The notes under the pieces: model-generated
What the model was told of the DNA's origin: nothing
The model's database searches: none
Seen by the model: only the letters and a program-made list of their open reading frames with translations
Shown here: piece by piece, positions 58,197 to 64,000 of the stretch
Position numbering within the stretch: the stretch's first letter is position 1
Layout: each line of letters begins with the position of its first letter
Source of the DNA: Microgenomates group bacterium
GTDB lineage: Bacteria; Patescibacteriota; Microgenomatia; UBA1400; MFAQ01
Length of the DNA stretch: 64,000 nucleotides
Direction of reading: 5' to 3'
Assembly (NCBI GenBank): GCA_049303575.1
Contig: JBAQNH010000002.1
Coordinates: 444,541 to 508,540, forward strand
Made by a program: the position numbers and the translations under genes

Positions 58197-58236
58197 TTCC
58201 ACTCCCATGCCTGATTAGTTCGGGGTTTTTCTTATT

Positions 58237-58266
58237 TTGACCCGTAAGGACAAAAGGTTGTATGAT
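58237..58266 (+). promoter_or_regulatory. Candidate sigma70-type promoter for the LapA-like/NUDIX genes
   Basis: TTGACC at 58237-58242, an 18-nt spacer, and TATGAT at 58261-58266, about 27 nt upstream of the ATG at 58293. Confidence 0.3.
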
Positions 58267-58292
58267 TGCTATATTAGGGGATTGTAAGCATT

Positions 58293-58637
58293 ATGTTAAT
58301 TTTAATTTTGTTCTTGGTTGTCGGTTCGATTTTGGTATATATATCGAGGTTTAATTTTGTTCCGGTATCGGTCAATTTGGGAATTGTCTCGATCTCAGAT
58401 ATTCCTCTGTTTTATGTAATTGTTGGTTCCTTGATTATTGGTCTTGTTTTGTCATATATTGTTTATTTATTCAATTCCATTTCGACCTCATTTACGCTCC
58501 GCGGAAAAGATAAAGAGATCAAGAAAAACAAGGATGAAGTTCTTGAACTAACCAAACGTGTACACCAGCTAGAGTTGGACAACGAAAAGTTAAAACACTC
58601 TCCAACTAATGAACCTGAAGACGCCAACGCTTTGTGA
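58293..58637 (+). CDS. LapA/YciS-like (DUF1049) small membrane protein with C-terminal coiled coil
   Basis: Two TM segments, then a charged helical tail (KDKEIKKNKDEVLELTKRVHQLELDNEKLK). This architecture is typical for LapA-type proteins. Confidence 0.4.
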   Translation: MLILILFLVVGSILVYISRFNFVPVSVNLGIVSISDIPLFYVIVGSLIIGLVLSYIVYLFNSISTSFTLRGKDKEIKKNKDEVLELTKRVHQLELDNEKLKHSPTNEPEDANAL

Positions 58638-59107
58638 AAACATTACTAGCTAAAATCTGGAAATTTCTCCGTCTACCTAAAGGCATTCAACTGCTGATTA
58701 TGCGTATCTTTCAAGATCAATTTCTTGTTGGGGTAACCGGGGTTATTTTTAACGACAAGAATGAAATTCTTCTTTTCAAGCATAGTTACCGATCGCATTC
58801 CTGGAGTCTACCTGGCGGTTACTTAAAATCTGGTGAACATCCCCGTGAGGGACTGGAAAGAGAAATCAAAGAGGAGTCTGGTTTTGTGGTGAGTGTTGAT
58901 GACTCACTTAAAACTCTTACCGATCGAGACACTGCTCGTCTGGACATGTGTTACACCGGTGTTTTAATTGGTGGTGACTTTCAGCCAACCCACGAGGTTT
59001 CCGAGTATGGTTTCTTTGCCCAAGACAAACTTCCGTTACTTCGAAAAAATCAAATCTTTTTGATTGACGTGGCTCTAAAGCAGCGAATCTCATCCCAGAT
59101 ATCCTGA
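58634..59107 (+). CDS. NUDIX hydrolase
   Basis: Nudix box GGYLKSGEHPREGLEREIKEESG matches Gx5Ex7REUxEExGU. Confidence 0.8.
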   Translation: MKTLLAKIWKFLRLPKGIQLLIMRIFQDQFLVGVTGVIFNDKNEILLFKHSYRSHSWSLPGGYLKSGEHPREGLEREIKEESGFVVSVDDSLKTLTDRDTARLDMCYTGVLIGGDFQPTHEVSEYGFFAQDKLPLLRKNQIFLIDVALKQRISSQIS

Positions 59108-59138
59108 TCCTTCGTCCTTCCCCTCAAAAAGCAATAAC

Positions 59139-59612
59139 CTAATTTAAACTAGCTATGGTGAAGTTTAGATATGAGGCAAACGTCACCCACAAGATATATG
59201 GCACCATTAACCAACTTGCCACTTTATTCACTTTTTCAAACGAGACTATCGTTATCAAGATAAATATCCATAAAACCAGTATTTCCCCAAAAGCCAACCA
59301 AAAGTTTCCCATACCGAAGAAAAGGACAGACCATAAAACATTAAGAACGAGTTGAGCGGCAAACAGCTTCAAAGACATTCGCACCTTATTACTCATTTTT
59401 GTCGACCAGACAAGGTAAAGAGCCACACCCATCATGATAAAAAGAGACGTCCAAACTGGTCCAAACAGCCAAGATGGAGGGATCCATACTGGTCTATTAA
59501 TCGTCAAATACCAGCTTTGGACAGCCGGTGTCGTAAAAAGGGAACCTAAGACTCCAGCCGAAAGGGAAATCGCTAAAGAGAGTAACAATCGCCAAAAACC
59601 TTTTATCTTCAT
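59139..59612 (-). CDS. tspO: TspO/MBR family tryptophan-rich sensory protein
   Basis: WYLTINRPVWIPPSWLFGPVWTSLFIMMGVALYLVW matches the TspO core (WY..L.KP.w.PP..fg.vWt.LY..mg); five TM segments. Confidence 0.8.
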   Translation of the reverse strand: MKIKGFWRLLLSLAISLSAGVLGSLFTTPAVQSWYLTINRPVWIPPSWLFGPVWTSLFIMMGVALYLVWSTKMSNKVRMSLKLFAAQLVLNVLWSVLFFGMGNFWLAFGEILVLWIFILITIVSFEKVNKVASWLMVPYILWVTFASYLNFTIASLN

Positions 59613-59642
59613 ATATCAAGTATATCCCCAAACAAATACTTA

Positions 59643-60026
59643 TCAAGCATGAGCTTCCTCGGCAGCCAAAGCGTCCTCTTTGGTAGCGTGGATTGTACCT
59701 TCCGGGTGGTTTGCCGGAGAGTAGATGGTATAAAGCTTCAGTGGCTCTGTCGTTGAAGAGTTGATGATATTATGGTTAGTTCCTGCAGGCACAACTACTA
59801 CGTCATTGGCCTTAAAAAGGATTTCTTCTCCGTTTAGGATTGCTTTACCTTGTCCAGCCTCAAATCTAAAAAACTGGTCTACGTTTGCGTGAACCTCCAT
59901 ACCTATATCCTCACCAGGCAGCAAACTCATTACCACCAATTGGCTATGTGCCCCTGTAAATAGAACCTTTCTAAAGTTGGTGTTACCAATTGTTTCAGCC
60001 TCAATATCTGTGTAAAATCCTGTCAT
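59643..60026 (-). CDS. Cupin-2 domain protein
   Basis: A ~127 aa beta-barrel pattern with GMEVHANVDQFFRFEAGQG...VVVPAGTNHNIIN, which fits cupin motifs 1 and 2 (G(X)5HXH... / ...PxGxxH.N). Confidence 0.65.
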   Translation of the reverse strand: MTGFYTDIEAETIGNTNFRKVLFTGAHSQLVVMSLLPGEDIGMEVHANVDQFFRFEAGQGKAILNGEEILFKANDVVVVPAGTNHNIINSSTTEPLKLYTIYSPANHPEGTIHATKEDALAAEEAHA

Positions 60027-60091
60027 TTTTGTTTGTTAATTGCTAACTGAAATCATCTTACTACCATTGCTCAAAACCCGCCATTTTTGGT

Positions 60092-60120
60092 TTGACATTT
60101 ATCCTATAATAGAGTACAAT
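60092..60120 (+). promoter_or_regulatory. Candidate sigma70-type promoter giving a leaderless or near-leaderless transcript for the VanW-like gene
   Basis: TTGACA at 60092-60097, a 17-nt spacer, and TACAAT at 60115-60120. The first ATG of the downstream frame with a TM is at 60130, only ~7-10 nt past the predicted TSS. Confidence 0.4.
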
Positions 60121-60129
60121 ACCCACCTT

Positions 60130-60783
60130 ATGATAAAAAACCTGATCTTAAGTTTGTATTTTACGTTGTTCTCCAGCGGGATTCCTGTTGTCCAAAATAT
60201 TCTTCCTCAAAAAGAGAATGTTTTATCTTCTCGAACAATCTCCCTCGAGAATCGTTACCCTTCCCAAAGAGTGAGTGATGTCTTCAAAGACAACATCTTA
60301 CTCAATTTAGCTTATCTTGATGGGCGTGTTAATACAGCCAAAGACATTAACTGGTCTGAGATGGAAAACTCTTTCCGATCAGAATTTACTCTTCAACCCG
60401 ATGAAACTTTTGCCTATCACGACGCAGTTCTTTCCAAGTACGAAGGAAAGGTAGCAAAAACCACCGAGGCTCACTTTAACAGCCAAGACGGTTTCAAAAC
60501 CGATGGCTATCTATACGGAGACGGTGTCTGTCATCTAGCTTCTTTGATAAACTGGGCTGCCAGAGATGCCAACCTGGAGGTTTTAGCTCCCACTAACCAT
60601 AACTTTGCCAACATCCCAGAAGTTCCCAAAGAATATGGTGTGTCTATCTACTACAACCCGGCAAATAAATCTGTTGGTGCAAATCAAAACTTGTACATCA
60701 CCAACAATCAGAACAAACCGATAAACTTTGTTTTTGAATATAAAGATGGACAGCTTTCTGTTACCATTACCACCCAGGCCTAA
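60130..60783 (+). CDS. VanW-like domain membrane-anchored protein
   Basis: N-terminal TM (MIKNLILSLYFTLFSSGIPVV) and GYLYGDGVCHLASLINWAARDANLEV, which resembles the VanW core (G.GVCQ.ST.L..A). The track ORF starts at 60040, only 13 bp from the divergent cupin start, so the ATG at 60130 is preferred. Confidence 0.5.
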   Translation: MIKNLILSLYFTLFSSGIPVVQNILPQKENVLSSRTISLENRYPSQRVSDVFKDNILLNLAYLDGRVNTAKDINWSEMENSFRSEFTLQPDETFAYHDAVLSKYEGKVAKTTEAHFNSQDGFKTDGYLYGDGVCHLASLINWAARDANLEVLAPTNHNFANIPEVPKEYGVSIYYNPANKSVGANQNLYITNNQNKPINFVFEYKDGQLSVTITTQA

Positions 60784-60799
60784 AGTAAACAATAACACC

Positions 60800-60845
60800 A
60801 AAAAGAAGCCAGCTGTTCGTAAGGGCAGATGGCTTCTTCTCTGAT
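60800..60845 (+). terminator. Candidate intrinsic terminator after the VanW-like gene
   Basis: Inverted repeat AAGAAGCCA(N18)TGGCTTCTT right after the stop, followed by CTCTGATTT. The loop is long and the T-tract weak. Confidence 0.3.
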
Positions 60846-61174
60846 TTACACCGAATATCATGAACCAAACACCTTGATATCTTAGCGAGGTGTAAGGACG
60901 GTAACTTACTTCCCGGTTTCTACTGATATGCAACGCACGTACCCCAGAGTGGGATGGTATCCCTAGGCTGCATTACCACTTAAAAGTGCGGTGTACCAAA
61001 AAGAGTTAGAGAGGTCGTAATTTTGTTAACTTATCTCCACCCTCTTTTATGTGGGATTAATTACAATTTACCTAATTTTTAATCATTTGTCAATGGCAAA
61101 TTCCAAGCTACTCTGTAACCAAAATTACCAAATGTCAGAGACTAAATATTTTCTCCAAACGTAACTGCTATAAT

Positions 61175-61360
61175 CAAAAAGTAACAAAAGCGTTTGAGCC
61201 GGGCAATCACCCAGGCAAGCTGGAAGAAGAAAATAGTAGACCTTCCCGGGGAAGCCCGTAATAGCTACAATCAAGTAAAAAATTAGATGGTACCGTCAGA
61301 AAACGATGTTTAATGACTCTAATCCTGAAAGACTTATGTCTTGGCAGGATTTTTTTGGAA
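61175..61360 (+). promoter_or_regulatory. T-box riboswitch leader (Ile, AUC specifier) controlling ileS
   Basis: AAUUAGAUGGUACCGUCAG at 61281-61299 against the T-box consensus AAUUAGGGUGGNACCGCG; its UGGU bulge can pair with tRNA ACCA. A candidate specifier loop GGGCAAUCACCC carries AUC followed by A at 61206-61209. The terminator hairpin CCTGAAAGAC-TTAT-GTCTTGGCAGG is followed by ATTTTTTT at 61324-61357. A TATAAT -10 element lies at 61169-61174. The ileS ATG is at 61368. Confidence 0.7.
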
Positions 61361-61367
61361 TAAAAAA

Positions 61368-64000
61368 ATGAAAAACAAAACCGTAAAACCATTGGAAGTA
61401 CAGTACACTCCTTCAATAATTGAAGAGGAGATCATTGGGTACTGGAAAGAAAATCAAACTTTTGAAAAATCGGTTTCTCAAAGAGACAGCAAAGGCACTT
61501 TTCGCTTCTATGATGGTCCTCCTTTTGTCACCGGCAAGCCTCATTATGGGCATCTTTTAGGGTCAATCATTAAAGACGTTATTCCTCGTTATCAAACCAT
61601 GAAAGGTAAGCATGTCGACAGAGTCTGGGGTTGGGACTGCCACGGTCTTCCTATTGAAAATAAAGTTGAAAAGCTATTGGGAGTCAACTCTAAAAAGGAA
61701 ATTGAAACCCTGGGTATCGATAAATTTGTTTCTGCTTGCAAAACTTATGTTCACGATGTCTCCTCGGAATGGCAATGGTATATCGATAAGGTCGGCCGTT
61801 GGGTTGATATGGAACATTCTTATCGCACCATGGACAAAGACTACATGGAGTCGGTTATCTGGGTTTTTAAACAGCTTTACGAAAAAAACCATGTTTATAA
61901 AGGCAAAAGAGTTTCCCTTTTTTGTCCCAGATGTGAGTCTCCCATCAGTAATTTCGAAATTGCTATGGACAACTCTTACCGAGACGTCACTGACCCTTCG
62001 GTCTTTCTTAAATTTCGAGTAAAAGGTGAAAATCAATTTTTCCTTGCCTGGACAACTACCCCCTGGACACTTCCCAGTAACTTTGCCCTAGCTGTTTCCG
62101 TTGATGATACTTATGTTTTGGTCGAACAAGATAATGTTCAATATATTCTCGCCAAGGCTCGTGTAGAAGAAACTTTGGGTCACGACGGCCTCAGAATAAT
62201 TAAGGAATTTAAAGGTAGTGAACTTGTCGGCAAAGAATATGAACCACTTTATACCTACTATGACTCTACCAAAGCCGACTACAAAGTCTATCCCGCAGAC
62301 TTCGTCTCCATGGAAGATGGTACCGGAATTGTTCATATCGCTCCTGGATTTGGCGAAGACGACACCGAGCTCGGTAAAAAATATGGACTTTCAATGGGGG
62401 AGTCGGTTGATGATACTGGTACTATGGATCCTAAAGTTACTGTCGCCCAAGGCAAATATTTCAAAGCCGCCGACAAATTAGTGCTCGAAGATCTGGTCAA
62501 TAGAGGTTTAATACTAAAGAGCACAAAAATTACTCATAGCTATCCTCACTGTCATCGTTGTGGAACTGCTTTACTCTATAAAAGCCAAATAGCTTGGTAT
62601 ATCAATATTCAAGATATTAAAAGTAAATTAATTGAAACTAACAAAGACATCAACTGGGTCCCCAGTCATTTCAAGGATGGTCGTTTTAAACTGGGTATAG
62701 AGTCTGCTCCGGACTGGTGTATAAGTCGTTCTCGTTACTGGGGGACACCACTTCCCATCTGGGAGTGTGAGTGCGGTGAAAGAATCGTTCCTGGATCAAT
62801 TGCTGATATTGAGAGTCTTTCCGGTCAAAAGGTGAAGGATCTTCATCGTCCGGACATTGACGAAATCTATTTGACCTGTCCCAAGTGTGACAAAAAAGCT
62901 AAACGAGTTCCCGAGGTACTTGACGTTTGGATTGAGTCGGCTTCTATGCCTTATGCACAAGTGCATTACCCTTTTGAAAATGTGGATAAGTTCAAAGATA
63001 GCTTCCCGGCTGACTTTATTACTGAATACACAGGACAACTACGGGCCTGGTTTTACGTTACTCATGTTGTCTCCAATCTATTAATGGACTCTAAAGCGTT
63101 TAAAAACGTCGTGGTTAGCGGTGTCATCATGGGGACCGACGGCCACAAAATGAGCAAGAGTTTAGGAAATTTTCCCGACCCTAAAGACTCACTCCAAAAA
63201 TTTGGTGGCGACTCTCTTAGACTGTATCTTATGGGCAGTTCAATCGCTCTCGGTCAAGACATTATTGTCTCCGAAGAAGACTGGGCAAACGAACTCAAAA
63301 CCACCCTTATGTTACTTTGGAACTCCTACAAATATTTTGTCTCTTATGCTTCTCTCGAAAACTGGGAGCAAAAAACAGAATTTGCCAAAGAACCTGGTGT
63401 TCTAGATCGCTGGATTCTCACGAGGTTGGACGAAACAGTTCTCATGATGGACAACTACCTTAGTGTCTATCAAATTCCCAAAAGCGTGGCCATGCTGAAA
63501 AGTTTCATATCTGATCTTTCCACCTGGTATATTCGCCGTTCTCGTGACCGTGTTGGTCCTAGTGCCCAAGATCAAGCCGACAAAGAAGCTGCCTATATCA
63601 CCATGTCCACCGTTTTTAGTGTTCTTTTCAAAGCCGCGGCTCCAATTATTCCCTTCATTTCAGAGTATCTTTATCGTCATCTTACCGGAGAGGAATCGGT
63701 CCATCTTGAAGACTGGCCAACTGTCAAAAACGACAAGGTAATCGACAAGGAACTTTTGGCTCAAATGGTTCAGATTAGAAGAATTTGTGAAATGGGCAAT
63801 GGGGAGAGAAAGAATCTTGGTCTTCCAATCAAACAAGCCCTAGCCTCAATCACTGTTAAAGGAGAATTTTCCTCACTCAAAGAGGAAAAAGAACTTCTTC
63901 AGTTAATTAAAGAAGAACTAAACGTAGAAGAAGTCTTCTTCGCCGAAGGTAAAGAAGGGGTCAGCTACGACACCGTTATTACCACCGATCTCAAAGACAA
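61368..64000 (+). CDS. ileS: Isoleucyl-tRNA synthetase (type 2), 3'-truncated by the window edge
   Basis: MKNKTVKPLE..., PPFVTGKPHYGHLLG (HIGH-class motif), WDCHGLPIE, HSYPHCHRCGTALLY, DWCISRSRYWGTPLPIW and HKMSKSLGN (KMSKS at 63150) all lie in one open frame reaching position 64000. The ORF track omits it because no stop falls inside the window. Confidence 0.9.
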   Translation, partial: MKNKTVKPLEVQYTPSIIEEEIIGYWKENQTFEKSVSQRDSKGTFRFYDGPPFVTGKPHYGHLLGSIIKDVIPRYQTMKGKHVDRVWGWDCHGLPIENKVEKLLGVNSKKEIETLGIDKFVSACKTYVHDVSSEWQWYIDKVGRWVDMEHSYRTMDKDYMESVIWVFKQLYEKNHVYKGKRVSLFCPRCESPISNFEIAMDNSYRDVTDPSVFLKFRVKGENQFFLAWTTTPWTLPSNFALAVSVDDTYVLVEQDNVQYILAKARVEETLGHDGLRIIKEFKGSELVGKEYEPLYTYYDSTKADYKVYPADFVSMEDGTGIVHIAPGFGEDDTELGKKYGLSMGESVDDTGTMDPKVTVAQGKYFKAADKLVLEDLVNRGLILKSTKITHSYPHCHRCGTALLYKSQIAWYINIQDIKSKLIETNKDINWVPSHFKDGRFKLGIESAPDWCISRSRYWGTPLPIWECECGERIVPGSIADIESLSGQKVKDLHRPDIDEIYLTCPKCDKKAKRVPEVLDVWIESASMPYAQVHYPFENVDKFKDSFPADFITEYTGQLRAWFYVTHVVSNLLMDSKAFKNVVVSGVIMGTDGHKMSKSLGNFPDPKDSLQKFGGDSLRLYLMGSSIALGQDIIVSEEDWANELKTTLMLLWNSYKYFVSYASLENWEQKTEFAKEPGVLDRWILTRLDETVLMMDNYLSVYQIPKSVAMLKSFISDLSTWYIRRSRDRVGPSAQDQADKEAAYITMSTVFSVLFKAAAPIIPFISEYLYRHLTGEESVHLEDWPTVKNDKVIDKELLAQMVQIRRICEMGNGERKNLGLPIKQALASITVKGEFSSLKEEKELLQLIKEELNVEEVFFAEGKEGVSYDTVITTDLKD

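Noticed and set aside
58017-58208. 63-aa minus-strand ORF
   Set aside because: It is antisense to the DUF4342-like reading frame, which has recognisable family architecture.
60092-60110. TTGACA followed 7 nt later by TATAAT
   Set aside because: The spacing is incompatible with a sigma70 –35/–10 pair. The TACAAT at 60115-60120, giving 17-nt spacing, is the better –10.
61612-63741. Several + strand ORFs from the track (61612-62022, 62218-62481, 62887-63084, 63202-63405, 63544-63741) and minus-strand ORFs in the same span
   Set aside because: All overlap the long open ileS frame, which starts at 61368, carries HIGH/KMSKS and has no stop before 64000. The track appears to list only ORFs that terminate inside the window.
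1-64000. CRISPR arrays, transposases, integrases, restriction–modification or toxin–antitoxin modules
   Set aside because: No regularly spaced direct repeats, no DDE or tyrosine-recombinase-like ORFs, and none of the methyltransferases carries DNA-MTase target-recognition motifs. The candidate novel system here is a biosynthetic one, not a defence system.

Overview
This window appears to come from a small-genome, CPR/Patescibacteria-like bacterium using the standard code (TGA, TAA and TAG all terminate long ORFs). It divides into three parts.

(A) 1–16.65 kb is an AT-rich block. Sampled 60-nt stretches give about 28–30% GC, against about 45–55% further downstream. It is packed with glycan-tailoring genes:
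- an AsnB-like amidotransferase;
- five class-I SAM methyltransferases, one of them TylF-like;
- GT4 and CgeB-like glycosyltransferases;
- a DUF2334-type deacetylase;
- a Wzx-like flippase;
- an unusual sugar-phosphate module: ribulose-phosphate 3-epimerase, a 6-phospho-3-hexuloisomerase-like SIS protein, a nucleotidyltransferase/APH-kinase fusion and a KdsC-like phosphatase.

(B) 16.8–45.7 kb is a dense surface-glycosylation locus at host-like GC. It contains:
- GDP-D-rhamnose genes (gmd, rmd, and manC 23 kb away) plus galE;
- a DPM1-like polyprenyl-phosphate glycosyltransferase;
- at least three GT-C/ArnT-like membrane transferases;
- about ten GT4 and four GT2 enzymes;
- a hexapeptide acetyltransferase;
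- an O-antigen-ligase-like protein with a PT-rich linker;
- a second flippase;
- a PglC-like initiating phosphoglycosyl transferase next to a DUF4012-like protein;
- recO.

(C) 45.7–64 kb holds:
- a glmS ribozyme upstream of glmS;
- a compact dcw cluster (mraZ-rsmH-ftsL-ftsI-dgkA-mraY-ftsW-murG-ftsQ-ftsA-ftsZ) with no Mur ligases and an inserted dgkA/undecaprenol-kinase homolog;
- a DUF4342 gene interrupted by an in-frame TAA;
- LapA-like, NUDIX, TspO, cupin and VanW-like genes;
- a T-box leader (Ile/AUC specifier) in front of a 3'-truncated ileS.

I found no CRISPR array and no transposase. The candidate novel system is the AT-rich island, in particular its RPE–PHI–nucleotidyltransferase/kinase–phosphatase–O-methyltransferase module. 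All assignments rest on motif recognition by eye; no database search was run.
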